64,000 nt of DNA from Patescibacteria group bacterium (lineage in GTDB: Bacteria; Patescibacteriota; Minisyncoccia; Phycocordibacterales; CAIZLB01), in the NCBI GenBank assembly GCA_040384445.1, contig JAZKJG010000001.1:135650-199649 (forward strand), in the 5' to 3' direction. The notes under the pieces were generated by a model. That model was not told the DNA's origin. It saw only the letters and a list, made by a program, of their open reading frames with translations, and did not search any database. This document shows, piece by piece, positions 20,599-30,149 of the stretch. Position numbers and translations under genes: made by a program. Position 1 is the stretch's first letter. Every line of letters begins with the position of its first letter.

Positions 20599-21420
20599 TT
20601 ATTGAAATGTGTCACATGAGCTAATTTTTCCTGTATCAAATCCTTGTGTAAACCAATACACTCTGTCTTTGCTTGATCCATGAGTCCATGATTCTGGATT
20701 TACTCGGCCAACAGATGCCTTTTGAATTCTATCGTCTCCAACTGCAGCTGCAGCATCAAGGGCTTCCTGAATTTCATTTGTATTAAATACGCCAATATCT
20801 TTTATAGAATTCGCCCATAATCCTGCAAAACAATCTGCTTGCAGCTCAACTTTAATAGAAGTTTCGTTATCTGTTGTTCGTAATGTGTTTAATTGTTGCT
20901 GCACATGGTGTCCAACTTCATGGGCAATTACATATGCTTCAGCTACATCACCACCTTGGGCGCCAAATCGATTTTGCAATTCTTCAAAAAAAGTTTCATC
21001 CAAATAAATCGTTCGATCAAGTGGACAGTAGTGAGGTCCTACCTGACTTGTTGCACCACCGCATTCTGATTCTGTACCGCCTCTAAAAAGCACAAGAGTT
21101 GGTGGAATATATGTTGCATTGTTTCGGGCAAATACATCTGACCACATGTCATTGAGCGACCCTAATACTGTCGCCGTAAACACTTCGTACTCATCCGTAC
21201 CCTCAAAGTCTGCAGAGTTTAGATTTTGTTGTGGACTTACTTGTAACTGTTGTTCGATCTGTGGGAGAACATCTGAGACGTTTCCGCCATTTATATAATT
21301 CACAAGTAGCAAGAGTGCAATACCAAGAAGACTTGCACCGCCACCATAGCGTGCAGTGTTTCCTAGACCTCGACGGTCTTGCACATTTCCTCGTGATAGT
21401 ATTTTGTTCCATTCTGCCAT
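20599..21420 (-). CDS. Putative neutral zinc metallopeptidase (YpfJ-like)
   Basis: GPHYCPLD, AHEVGHHVQ, ELQADCFAG, SWTHGSS motifs; start MAEW at 21420. Confidence 0.88.
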   Translation of the reverse strand: MAEWNKILSRGNVQDRRGLGNTARYGGGASLLGIALLLLVNYINGGNVSDVLPQIEQQLQVSPQQNLNSADFEGTDEYEVFTATVLGSLNDMWSDVFARNNATYIPPTLVLFRGGTESECGGATSQVGPHYCPLDRTIYLDETFFEELQNRFGAQGGDVAEAYVIAHEVGHHVQQQLNTLRTTDNETSIKVELQADCFAGLWANSIKDIGVFNTNEIQEALDAAAAVGDDRIQKASVGRVNPESWTHGSSKDRVYWFTQGFDTGKISSCDTFQ

Positions 21421-21593
21421 ATCTCTATTATGGCGCCATTGGACCATAAAAACAAGGAAACATAAAATATTTTTACACAAGTTACCATATGGAGTTCGGT
21501 TGTTACAATTAATATATCAGCCGTATGAATATTGATTCGTATAGCTGATATGTTTATTAGTATTATCAACTAATTAATTTAAATTTAAAAATT

Positions 21594-22121
21594 ATGAAAG
21601 CAACAACTACTATGGGAATTTTCCCAAACAAGAAAACTGCTGAACTTGTAATCGAAGATTTAAAGGATATTGGGGTTTCAAATGATGATATATCCTGTGT
21701 ATATACTAATAATGATGGGGACATTAAGGATAGCCAAACAGACGAAAAGGTGGGTCACGGAGCAGCTGCAGGTGCAACTACTGGAGCAGTGCTTGGGACT
21801 ATTGCTGGTCTGGTAGTGGCTAACGGTCTCTTACCAGGTCTGGGTACACTCTTTGTTGCAGGGCCACTTGCAGCAGCTCTAGGTTTAACTGGTGCCACAG
21901 CAACAACAGTTGCAGCAGCAGCAACTGGAGCAGCCGCAGGAGGTTTGATAGGAGGACTTAGCAAATTAGGTGTATCTGAAATAGATGCACGGCTGTATGA
22001 ACAACATATTCAAAAAGGAGAAGTGTTAGTCATCTGCAAAACCGATAACGATGAACTAGATGTGCAAGATGTGTTTGATCAACATCATGCGATGGAGGTA
22101 CGGCAGGTTACGCACAGCTAA
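21594..22121 (+). CDS. General stress protein-like membrane protein with glycine zipper
   Basis: GAAAGATTGAVLG...PGLGTLFVAGPLAAALG...GGLIGGL..LGV. Confidence 0.75.
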   Translation: MKATTTMGIFPNKKTAELVIEDLKDIGVSNDDISCVYTNNDGDIKDSQTDEKVGHGAAAGATTGAVLGTIAGLVVANGLLPGLGTLFVAGPLAAALGLTGATATTVAAAATGAAAGGLIGGLSKLGVSEIDARLYEQHIQKGEVLVICKTDNDELDVQDVFDQHHAMEVRQVTHS

Positions 22122-22152
22122 TTATTAACTTAATCAAATATAAAATAAACAT

Positions 22153-22401
22153 ATGGGAATAATTCTATGGATAATATTTGGAGCGTTAGTAGGTTGGGTC
22201 GCTTCACTCATCATGAAAACTGATGCACAGCAAGGAGCTTTACTCAATATCATTGTAGGTATTGTCGGAGCACTTATTGGAGGTTTTATTATGAATGCTC
22301 TAGGTGAATCTGGAACTTCAGGATTTAATCTCTATAGCTTTATAGTAGCGTTGCTTGGAGCAATTGTACTTATTGCAATTGTGAAGGCGATTCGACGATA
22401 A
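22153..22401 (+). CDS. GlsB/YeaQ/YmgE (transglycosylase-associated) membrane protein
   Basis: WIIFGALVGWVASLIM...NIIVGIVGALIGG. Confidence 0.88.
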   Translation: MGIILWIIFGALVGWVASLIMKTDAQQGALLNIIVGIVGALIGGFIMNALGESGTSGFNLYSFIVALLGAIVLIAIVKAIRR

Positions 22402-22516
22402 AGTCTCTCACAAATCAATAGACGGTAAAAAATAAAGCCTCCGATCGGGGGTTTTGTTTTTGTATATAAAAAACGCCGTACCTTGTGGGGTAGGGCGTGG
22501 GGAGGGGGTGGGAGTA

Positions 22517-22852
22517 TCAGGCTATACGATTGCCTTGAGGAAACATTTTTTCCAATTCTCGAATTCTTTCCTGTTGTACAGGTGTGAAATAAGAATTTTT
22601 GACATAACACTCGATGATAACGAGAGAATTATCGTTCTCATAATAATCAAACGTAATGAGTAAAATTCTTGTATCTCGTAAGGAGAGCAAGCATGTAATC
22701 CTTTCTTGATCCTCGAATGGTTCGGAATAAAACTCATTAATTATGATGATGTTTTCATCAAATGAGAATTCATTTTCAACATTTCCCTGAATGACAGGAA
22801 TGACCAGTCTCCAGAGTTCGATATAAGGGCTTTGACTCAGTGCTTGGAACAT
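22517..22852 (-). CDS. Orphan protein (solo cassette)
   Basis: TTGACA(22903-08)-16-TATTCT; leader CCTTTAACCC; terminator 22468-22498 with CCCACAAG loop. Confidence 0.6.
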   Translation of the reverse strand: MFQALSQSPYIELWRLVIPVIQGNVENEFSFDENIIIINEFYSEPFEDQERITCLLSLRDTRILLITFDYYENDNSLVIIECYVKNSYFTPVQQERIRELEKMFPQGNRIA

Positions 22853-22926
22853 ATGTATGAGGGTTAAAGGACTGTACTCTAGAATAGAGTTTTTGGCTGA
22901 TTTGTCAACAGTGATATACTTATAGT

Positions 22927-23199
22927 ATGGAAAAATTCATAGAACACAATCACGAAACAGAGCATTTAAAAGAGATTCATGCACTGCAGTGGGGTCTGAT
23001 AAGCGAGTGGTCAGCAGGAAGAGAAGGAGATAAAAATAAAATTGCTGCACAATGGATTGAAACATATTCTGTAAAGTTTAGAGTTGTGCTGGATAGGATT
23101 TTAGATGAAGAAATATATTTTTGGGATGACTATCAAAATCCTTTATTTCAAGAGAAAATATTACAAAGAATTAAAGATGAATTATACGAACATGAATAA
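22927..23199 (+). CDS. Hypothetical protein
   Basis: 90 aa ORF directly after a TGATATACT -10 element. Confidence 0.6.
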   Translation: MEKFIEHNHETEHLKEIHALQWGLISEWSAGREGDKNKIAAQWIETYSVKFRVVLDRILDEEIYFWDDYQNPLFQEKILQRIKDELYEHE

Positions 23200-23449
23200 A
23201 CAACTCTCTCAAGGTGTCGTACATACAGTACCAGATGATCTGCGTAAGGTTATTACTACTACACCTCAAATATATACAATCTGGGAAGATATAACTCCAC
23301 TTGCTCGTAATGAGTGGATTTGCTGGATTCAATCTGCCAAAAAGGCTGAGACACGGAAACATCGGATCGATGTTATGGTTTCAAAAATGAAGCAAGGAGA
23401 TAGAAGACCTTGCTGTTGGGAAGGGTGTTCCCATAGAAAAAAGAAATAA
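23192..23449 (+). CDS. YdeI/OmpD-associated family protein
   Basis: VPDDL...TPLARNEWICWIQSAKKAETR..RI...RRPCCWEGC. Confidence 0.8.
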   Translation: MNKQLSQGVVHTVPDDLRKVITTTPQIYTIWEDITPLARNEWICWIQSAKKAETRKHRIDVMVSKMKQGDRRPCCWEGCSHRKKK

Positions 23450-23608
23450 TTACTGCTTTTTATTCATTCTTTTTACAATTCGTGAAATACCCAAAACTAC
23501 CACTATAAGTCCAAGAAATTGTGCTCCTGGACTATCGTCGTATCCTCCGAATACAAAGAGGAATACTCCGAGAAGTATTGCAAGTATTGGGATAAGGTTA
23601 CTTTTCAT
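23450..23608 (-). CDS. Small two-TM protein (52 aa, not in ORF track)
   Basis: MKSNLIPILAILLGVFLFVFGGYDDSPGAQFLGLIVVVLGISRIVKRMNKKQ. Confidence 0.6.
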   Translation of the reverse strand: MKSNLIPILAILLGVFLFVFGGYDDSPGAQFLGLIVVVLGISRIVKRMNKKQ

Positions 23609-23664
23609 ATATTAATTATACCACAAAAAAACACCACCCTTGTCGAAACAAAGGTGGTCGTTGT

Positions 23665-23970
23665 TTATACGGTTTGTAACCGTGGAGTTGTGGGCGTTGG
23701 TGATGTATCGCAATCTCCATCTCCGTCGTCGTCACGCCAGGGTTTAAGCTCTGTATAATGATAATGTCCTGTTGTACCGTCGTCATGCAGGACCTCAAAC
23801 CACTCAGGACTATTATCGGTTTCAGCAACAACCATACCGTGAATATTCCAACTCCTTTTATATTGCTCTCCGAACGTATATTCTGGTGCATTATCACAAT
23901 TTACAGTTCGAACATGTGTGAGTGGAGAATACGGTGGAAATGAATCGTCGATTTCTTCTTCATCGTTCAT
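23665..23970 (-). CDS. Orphan acidic protein (solo cassette)
   Basis: AGGAGG 5 nt before ATG; terminator 23625-23659. Confidence 0.6.
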   Translation of the reverse strand: MNDEEEIDDSFPPYSPLTHVRTVNCDNAPEYTFGEQYKRSWNIHGMVVAETDNSPEWFEVLHDDGTTGHYHYTELKPWRDDDGDGDCDTSPTPTTPRLQTV

Positions 23971-24039
23971 ACATACCTCCTTGTTGATTGTTTTCGTTCT
24001 ATATAAAAGTGTATGTTAGATATGATAAAATATCAATAT

Positions 24040-24390
24040 ATGAAAGAACATCGTATATATACAACAAAAGTTAGTGATATTTATCCTTTTTACGTTGCAA
24101 AAGCTGAGAAAAAAGGTAGAACAAAAAAAGAAGTTGATACGATCATTCACTGGTTAACTGGATACACAGAGAAAAAACTTGAATCTGAACTTAAAAAAGG
24201 AACAGATTTTAAAACATTCTTTAAAGATGCACCAAAGATGAATCCTTTAAGGAAATTAATTACAGGAGTTATATGCGGGGTACGGATTGAGGATATTGCA
24301 GAAAAGACAATGAGAGAGATTCGATATCTGGATAAGTTGGTTGACGAATTGGCGAGAGGGAGGGAGATAGGGAAGATTTTGAGGAAGTAA
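24040..24390 (+). CDS. DUF2200 family protein
   Basis: [44 protein letters not shown]. Confidence 0.85.
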   Translation: MKEHRIYTTKVSDIYPFYVAKAEKKGRTKKEVDTIIHWLTGYTEKKLESELKKGTDFKTFFKDAPKMNPLRKLITGVICGVRIEDIAEKTMREIRYLDKLVDELARGREIGKILRK

Positions 24391-24395
24391 TCAGT

Positions 24396-24566
24396 TTACT
24401 GTTTTCTGTAAATATCAATCGAACTGAAAATTACAATCACGAACGAAATAATATATAACCATGAATCTTTAAGTTCACTTCCGTTTAGTCTCCAAACTAC
24501 AAAGAGGATTATTCCTGTTATTACTATGACGAGCGGTATAATATATTTTTTCAATATTTCACGCAT
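24396..24566 (-). CDS. Small two-TM protein (56 aa, not in ORF track)
   Basis: MREILKKYIIPLVIVITGIILFVVW...IDIYRKQ; co-oriented 7 bp downstream of the previous gene. Confidence 0.5.
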   Translation of the reverse strand: MREILKKYIIPLVIVITGIILFVVWRLNGSELKDSWLYIISFVIVIFSSIDIYRKQ

Positions 24567-24573
24567 ATATTTT

Positions 24574-24774
24574 TTATTTTAAATACTTACTCGCAACACT
24601 TAATGCAAATGAAGGAAGAATGATAAAGACACATGTGAAGAGGAGTCGAATAAGCATATGATCCCATGGTGTGTCGGCAGTATCTGGTCCAGAGCTTGTA
24701 AAGACGATCATGAGACCAATAATTCCAAAGGCGATTGAGGCGTATGTAAAGATTGTTGTTGAATTTTTCTGCAT
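24574..24774 (-). CDS. Small two-TM membrane protein
   Basis: 66 aa, two hydrophobic helices, tight operon spacing. Confidence 0.6.
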   Translation of the reverse strand: MQKNSTTIFTYASIAFGIIGLMIVFTSSGPDTADTPWDHMLIRLLFTCVFIILPSFALSVASKYLK

Positions 24775-24780
24775 AGAGTT

Positions 24781-25194
24781 TTATTTTTTAAATGTATAAT
24801 TGAGCATCCACTCTACTCCATACTTATCTGTAAGCACTCCATACAGTGCACCCCAGAATTGTTCTTCAATAGGCATAAATATTTCAGCACCATCCGACAA
24901 CTTGCTGAATATGGTTCTGATTTCTTCTTCACTCTCGCAGTCAATCATAATTCCTACATTATCACCAACAATTGCTTTGTCGCGCATCATATCTGAGCCA
25001 ATTAGAACCCATGAGCCTTTTGTTAGAGTTGAATGCATAATAAGATCTAGTTGATCAGGTGTCATATCACTCTCCATTGGTGTACCTTTTCCAGTCATGA
25101 ATTCTAATTCACCTCCAAAACACTCTTTATAAAAATTCATTCCTTCACGGCACTTTTGATCATTAAATCTAATTGATGGGTGTATTTTTGACAT
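24781..25194 (-). CDS. PhnB-like VOC family protein
   Basis: FYKECFGG, IMHSTL, FWGALYGVLTDKYGVEW. Confidence 0.88.
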   Translation of the reverse strand: MSKIHPSIRFNDQKCREGMNFYKECFGGELEFMTGKGTPMESDMTPDQLDLIMHSTLTKGSWVLIGSDMMRDKAIVGDNVGIMIDCESEEEIRTIFSKLSDGAEIFMPIEEQFWGALYGVLTDKYGVEWMLNYTFKK

Positions 25195-25352
25195 AAGTTG
25201 TATTGTTATATTAGTTTATCGTCTTTAATATTCATATTATAGCGTAAGCATAAGAGAAATGCAGTAGAGAGTGTTTGTATATAAAAATAAATCCCCTAGG
25301 CGCAAGCGCTTTCGGGAATTTTTGAGGAACCACTCAAGAGAAGTTGTACTTG

Positions 25353-25625
25353 CTAGAGTAGGGAGAAAACTTTAAGATAGTCACAAGCAGTGCGGAAGTT
25401 ACCTTTTGCTTCCTGTTTGCAACCCTGAATGCATAGCTCCTTAAGCAAGTCTCGCTCCTCATCGGAGAGTAGTGTTTTTCGTATAAGGTCTGCTACTGTG
25501 ACTGTACTGATTCCTGATCGGGTTTCAACATAGTCTCTCATGGTCTCGATTAATTCGGTTGCAGTAATGCTCTGCAAAGCCTCAAGCTCTGCGAATGTTT
25601 TTGGTCCTACGATTGGCTGTTTCAT
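25353..25625 (-). CDS. Orphan protein (solo cassette)
   Basis: TTGACA(25735-40)-16-TACTGT promoter; hairpin 25283-25320. Confidence 0.6.
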   Translation of the reverse strand: MKQPIVGPKTFAELEALQSITATELIETMRDYVETRSGISTVTVADLIRKTLLSDEERDLLKELCIQGCKQEAKGNFRTACDYLKVFSLL

Positions 25626-25683
25626 ATTTTTTTAAGTATGGTGGGAAAAGCTGTAATCGGGATGATTTCAACCTTTCTTCCAT

Positions 25684-25750
25684 ACTCAACCAGAGTAAAA
25701 GTACTACTTATTACAGTAACACTTTTTACATATTTGTCAACTAATGCTCC
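25684..25750. repeat. 67-bp imperfect direct repeat, copy 1 (promoter module)
   Basis: Matches 26588-26654: 23 of the first 24 nt and the last 21 nt are identical. Confidence 0.9.
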
Positions 25751-25780
25751 ACAAGTAAGTGGATGTATGAATCGTAATAA

Positions 25781-26194
25781 TTAGCTTGTTGGTATTTTTG
25801 ATAAATCCATAAAAAATGGTTCCATAGTATTTCCATCTGGATCAGAGACTTCTAGACCATACATAAAGTCTAGTCCCTTATTTGGTTCTGCTTCAAAAAA
25901 GCTTCCTCCATTGTCTTTTGCTGTGTTTGCAAATGTATCAACATCTTCTCTGGAAGACATCTCCAAAGCTAATAATACTCCAGAATTAATCTGTGTGTTC
26001 ACGATTGTTTTACCTTGCAAAAATTTCTGATAAAAGTCGTGTTTCAAGAGCATAAATAATATATTGTCACTCCAAATCATACAACTCGCATCGTTATTTG
26101 AAAAGTCAGAATTCTTTGTAAATCCTAAAGCTTCATAAAAAGCAGTAGCTTTTTCTAAGTTTGTTACTGGCAAATTTACGTATATTTTTTTCAT
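25781..26194 (-). CDS. Glyoxalase/VOC family protein
   Basis: IYVNLPVTNLEKATAFYEALGF...DPDGN; start MKKIY at 26194. Confidence 0.85.
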   Translation of the reverse strand: MKKIYVNLPVTNLEKATAFYEALGFTKNSDFSNNDASCMIWSDNILFMLLKHDFYQKFLQGKTIVNTQINSGVLLALEMSSREDVDTFANTAKDNGGSFFEAEPNKGLDFMYGLEVSDPDGNTMEPFFMDLSKIPTS

Positions 26195-26297
26195 ATATTT
26201 ATTATACACAAAAACAGTTAGGTACGAACTTGATAAATATATAAAAAAAGAAACCCGCCAACGAAGTGGAGGGAATCTCCGATTCGGGCGGGTGGTG

Positions 26298-26516
26298 TTA
26301 GTGACAAGAATTGATGAAGGCTGCAAACTCCCAAACGGAAGGTTGCATATCGCACTTTCTTGAAAGGATTTCGGTGACAGTTTTCTGTTGACGTTCGTCC
26401 AGACTCGCATCATCATTTATCAATCCTTGAACATCAAGAATAAGTTTGATTGACCAAGCAGATCTTACTTGGTCAAGTGGGTTTAACAGGTTGTTCAGAA
26501 ATATCAGTGCATTCAT
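26298..26516 (-). CDS. Orphan protein (solo cassette)
   Basis: TTGACA(26639-44)-17-TATCAT; 5' UTR hairpin TGACTGCGTCTTT/AAAGATGCAGTCA; start MNALIF; terminator 26243-26293. Confidence 0.55.
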   Translation of the reverse strand: MNALIFLNNLLNPLDQVRSAWSIKLILDVQGLINDDASLDERQQKTVTEILSRKCDMQPSVWEFAAFINSCH

Positions 26517-26587
26517 GGTTTTAATGTTGTTTAGAATTGTGACTGCATCTTTCAAAGCTCGGATAAAGCTCTTAAAGACGCAGTCAA

Positions 26588-26654
26588 ACTCAACCAAAGT
26601 AAAAGTACTACCAATATGATAGCACTTTTACCTATATTTGTCAACTAATGCTCC
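26588..26654. repeat. 67-bp imperfect direct repeat, copy 2, overlapping the tRNA-Asn 3' end
   Basis: See copy 1; last 4 nt are the tRNA 3' terminus. Confidence 0.9.
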
Positions 26655-26722
26655 TCCGGTAGGGATCGAACCTACGACCAATCGCTTAACAGGCGACTGC
26701 TCTACCGCTGAGCTACAGAGGA
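26651..26722 (-). tRNA. tRNA-Asn (GTT), CCA not encoded
   Basis: Reverse complement TCCTCTGTAGCTCAGCGGTAGAGCAGTCGCCTGTTAAGCGATTGGTCGTAGGTTCGATCCCTACCGGAGGAG folds as a cloverleaf. Confidence 0.97.
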
Positions 26723-26889
26723 ATGCTCATCTTTTCTCAAAGATAGGTATATGGTAGCAGATCAATATGGAAATTACAATTCTTGAGTATTTCTTCATGT
26801 TTTCTTTGTAAATTTGACCTGAAAAGTAAGCTGTTTTTGAATACAAAAATCATTTGTAATATACCTTAACAAGAATATAATTAACTCAA

Positions 26890-27171
26890 ATGACCAATAG
26901 ATTTGACGCGAAAAAAGAAATAGAAGACCTAGCAATTATGACTCATAACAATTTTACTGTGGTGTTCGATAAATTTGCAAAAGTTGATGAGCGATTGAAT
27001 AAACTCGATGAGCGGTTATACTCAGTCGAAAATCGTTTGGGAGCACTTGAAAAGAATAGTTTATCAGCAGATAAAAAGCTGGATCTTATTTTGGAAAATA
27101 TGGTTACAAAGTACGAATTTGAATCATTGAAACTCAGAACTGAAAAGGTAGAGTCTGTTTTAGGTCTCTGA
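26890..27171 (+). CDS. Hypothetical coiled-coil protein
   Basis: Heptad repeats FAKVDER-LNKLDER-LYSVENR-LGALEK. Confidence 0.65.
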   Translation: MTNRFDAKKEIEDLAIMTHNNFTVVFDKFAKVDERLNKLDERLYSVENRLGALEKNSLSADKKLDLILENMVTKYEFESLKLRTEKVESVLGL

Positions 27172-27214
27172 TAACCATCGACAACCTGCCAAAAATACTG
27201 TACACTGTAAACTT

Positions 27215-28684
27215 ATGTCAAATACTTGGGGAGAGTCAATAATTAAGTTCGATGAGGTTACATACTCGCACATTAAAAATAAACCTATACTAGAGGAGGT
27301 ATCTTTTTCTATTCGTAAAGGGGCAAAAATTACTCTTATGGGGCAAAATGGTGCAGGAAAAAGTACTATATTCAAACTTATTACAGGAGAATTAAAAATT
27401 GACGAGGGAGATATTCATACTCAAAAAGGATTATCTATTGCGATTTCGAAGCAGGTTATTCCAAGAGATCAGCTCACTCTCACGGTTCGAGAATTTTTTC
27501 AAGCTTGTTTTAAAGAAAAAATATATGATATCGACCCAAGAATCAATGATATTCTTGAGGTAGTACATCTTAAGGCAGATCTTGAAAAACAGATTAAAGA
27601 TTTTTCTGGAGGGCAACAGGCTCGACTACTCTTGGCTTCAGCCCTTATTCAAGATCCAGACCTACTTCTTCTTGATGAGCCGACAAACAACCTTGATAAG
27701 GCTGGAATTGCACATCTTACAACATTTCTAAAAGAATATAAGAAGACTGTTATTGTTATTTCTCACGAAGCAGATTTTTTAAATAGTTTTACTGAAGGAG
27801 TTTTTTATCTTGATATTCATACGAGAAAAATTGAACAATACACCGGAACATATCACACTGTAGTAAAAGAAATTACTGCTCGAGTTGAAAGAGAGAAGCG
27901 ACAAAACGCACAGATGGAAAAGAAGATTCAAGAAAATAAAGACAAAGCAAACTTTTTTGCAAACAAAGGAGGGGGAATGCGTCTTGTTGCTAAACGTATG
28001 AGAGAACAGGCTGAAGAGGCAGAGGAAAATATGGTGGATGTTCGAAAAGAAGATAAAACAATTCGATCTTTTGTGATTCCGACACAAACTGATCTTTCTG
28101 GAGTAATTTTTTCACTCACATCAGTGTCACTCATGGATATTCATAAAAATGACGGAACACTTAAAACAAAAAAAGTTCACGTAGAACTACGAAAAGGGGA
28201 ACATCTTTTATTACAAGGACCAAATGGAATCGGAAAAACAACACTTCTTGAATCTCTTGCATCAGGTCATGCAAAAGGGGAATCTATTAAAGAAGGGGTT
28301 AAAATTGGATACTACAGACAAGATTTTTCAACACTAAACTTCGAAGATACTCCTTTTCAGGCTCTTCAAAGTGTGATGAAAGATACTGATGAACATAAAC
28401 TTAGACAAGTAGCTGCTTCATTTTTAATAACAGGAGACACGGTGTACACACCAATTGGACGATTATCAGAAGGTCAGAAGGGACTTGTGGCATTTGCACA
28501 ACTTGTACTGATGGAACCAGGACTCTTGATTCTTGATGAGCCAACAAACCATATTAACTTTCGACACCTACCTGTGATCGCAGAAGCGTTGAAAAAATTT
28601 GAAGGACCTATGATTCTTGTGAGTCATATGCACGAGTTTGTTGAGAAGATTGGAGACCTACAAATCCTTGACTTAGGGAAATAG
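27215..28684 (+). CDS. ABC-F family ATPase
   Basis: Two ABC cassettes (GQNGAGKST, FSGGQ, LDEPTN; GPNGIGKTT, LSEGQ, LDEPTN), no TM segments. Confidence 0.92.
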   Translation: MSNTWGESIIKFDEVTYSHIKNKPILEEVSFSIRKGAKITLMGQNGAGKSTIFKLITGELKIDEGDIHTQKGLSIAISKQVIPRDQLTLTVREFFQACFKEKIYDIDPRINDILEVVHLKADLEKQIKDFSGGQQARLLLASALIQDPDLLLLDEPTNNLDKAGIAHLTTFLKEYKKTVIVISHEADFLNSFTEGVFYLDIHTRKIEQYTGTYHTVVKEITARVEREKRQNAQMEKKIQENKDKANFFANKGGGMRLVAKRMREQAEEAEENMVDVRKEDKTIRSFVIPTQTDLSGVIFSLTSVSLMDIHKNDGTLKTKKVHVELRKGEHLLLQGPNGIGKTTLLESLASGHAKGESIKEGVKIGYYRQDFSTLNFEDTPFQALQSVMKDTDEHKLRQVAASFLITGDTVYTPIGRLSEGQKGLVAFAQLVLMEPGLLILDEPTNHINFRHLPVIAEALKKFEGPMILVSHMHEFVEKIGDLQILDLGK

Positions 28685-28886
28685 TTGTACTATCGTATAT
28701 ATATCTGCCCTCACGTAAGGGGAGATGTTAAGGTGCCCTGCCGGAACTTATTCACGAACACTTCTGTCCGCCAAGAATTCTGGGTCATGAAGGAGTAATC
28801 TAACATGATGTCGTACGTCACCCCGTTGGTGAAAACGGAACTCGCATGTGTGCATATTCACCTGTGTACACCAAATTAGATAAAAA

Positions 28887-29294
28887 ATGAAACCAGCAAA
28901 AATTGTCGAAGTTCTTCTCGAGCTGCATCACCGTATCAGTTTTGAGCTTAGTGACGTGTTGAAAAAGGCAGAGATAAGTCTGTCACAGTACCACTTGTTG
29001 AACCATATGAGTGGTAAAACTGGTATAAACGCCTTGAGTATGACTGATGTTTCCAGATTTTGTCGAAATTCAACCGCTGCAGGAACTGGAACAGCTGATC
29101 GACTCGAAAAACTTGGCTACATCGAGAGGAAGTATTCATCAGAAGATAGGAGGAAAGTTTTAGTACAGCTCACGAAGAAAGGCGAAACTCTCCTCAAAAA
29201 CTGTCATGCAACGGTTTCAAAACTCTATGAGCTGGACGATGAATTCCTAGAATCCCTGCACAGGCTCATTCCTGATCTGGCCCTCGCGTCGTAG
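28887..29294 (+). CDS. MarR family transcriptional regulator (solo cassette)
   Basis: ISLSQYHLL...LSMTDVS...DRLEKLGYIER...EDRRKVLVQLTKKG; terminator 29310-29346. Confidence 0.9.
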   Translation: MKPAKIVEVLLELHHRISFELSDVLKKAEISLSQYHLLNHMSGKTGINALSMTDVSRFCRNSTAAGTGTADRLEKLGYIERKYSSEDRRKVLVQLTKKGETLLKNCHATVSKLYELDDEFLESLHRLIPDLALAS

Positions 29295-29450
29295 ACCGAC
29301 ACCAATTTCAGCCATCATATCTCCCAAGGGGGTATGATGGTTTTTTCATTTATTGACAAAACTCAGATTATCTGTAGTATAAATTACATCGATTAGCACC
29401 TCCTGAGTGGGAGATTGTGAAAGATATTCCAACCCAAAGCTCATTCAACC

Positions 29451-30149
29451 ATGAAAAAACACATCAAAGTCATCCTGCTTCTGGTCTTTTTGACCACTGT
29501 AGGGCCGATTAAGGCGGCAATTTTGTCGCTTGGCCCCTCCGTAGCGTTGAATCTGACAAACACCAACCAAGTGGACGTCAGAAACAATGTCTATACACCG
29601 ACCGCACTTGTGGCCCCTGGTGCCTGGGATCGCTCCATCTATAACCTCCGCATCACTGCGTTGGGTGGACAAGCGAACCAGACCCCAGTAGTGCTTCAAA
29701 GTGTCAACTCCCTCACGTTCACGATCAGCAAGACTCCGGGAGGCCCTGCACCGTTCGTCTTTAACTTTGGTACTCAAAACCTGAAGTTCAACGTCGAAGG
29801 GATCGGAGCCCCTGTCATCAACGCCTATTCAAACGGCGTGAATGTTACAGGCTCGGCCGGCCTTGTTGGCTTGAACGTGGTCGGTACCGACCTCACTGGG
29901 AAAGGTATCGATGAAATCGTCATCAGTGACTTCCGCCTTCAGGACACTCCCGTCGCAAGTCTGGGTGGCGCGTTCAACATCGGCCTCGTTGGGGACCAAC
30001 AAATGGTCACCTTCAATGTGACGGCTACCGCTGAAGCCACAGCGCTCACAGCAGGCACCTTCGCCACCACGACCGTGGTGCCCGAAGTGAGCCCATCGGC
30101 CATGTTCGCAAGCATATGCCTCTTCGGGCTCATGTTCCGCAAGCGGTGA
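29451..30149 (+). CDS. PEP-CTERM-type sorting-domain protein (solo cassette, GC-rich)
   Basis: Signal peptide; C-terminal VPE, hydrophobic helix, RKR; TTGACA(29353)-16-TAGTAT; terminator 30173-30221. Confidence 0.8.
   Translation: MKKHIKVILLLVFLTTVGPIKAAILSLGPSVALNLTNTNQVDVRNNVYTPTALVAPGAWDRSIYNLRITALGGQANQTPVVLQSVNSLTFTISKTPGGPAPFVFNFGTQNLKFNVEGIGAPVINAYSNGVNVTGSAGLVGLNVVGTDLTGKGIDEIVISDFRLQDTPVASLGGAFNIGLVGDQQMVTFNVTATAEATALTAGTFATTTVVPEVSPSAMFASICLFGLMFRKR

Noticed and set aside
25353-26650. Prophage or integrative element at tRNA-Asn
   Set aside because: No integrase or phage genes, and only 4 nt of the tRNA are included in the repeat; reported as a promoter-module duplication instead.
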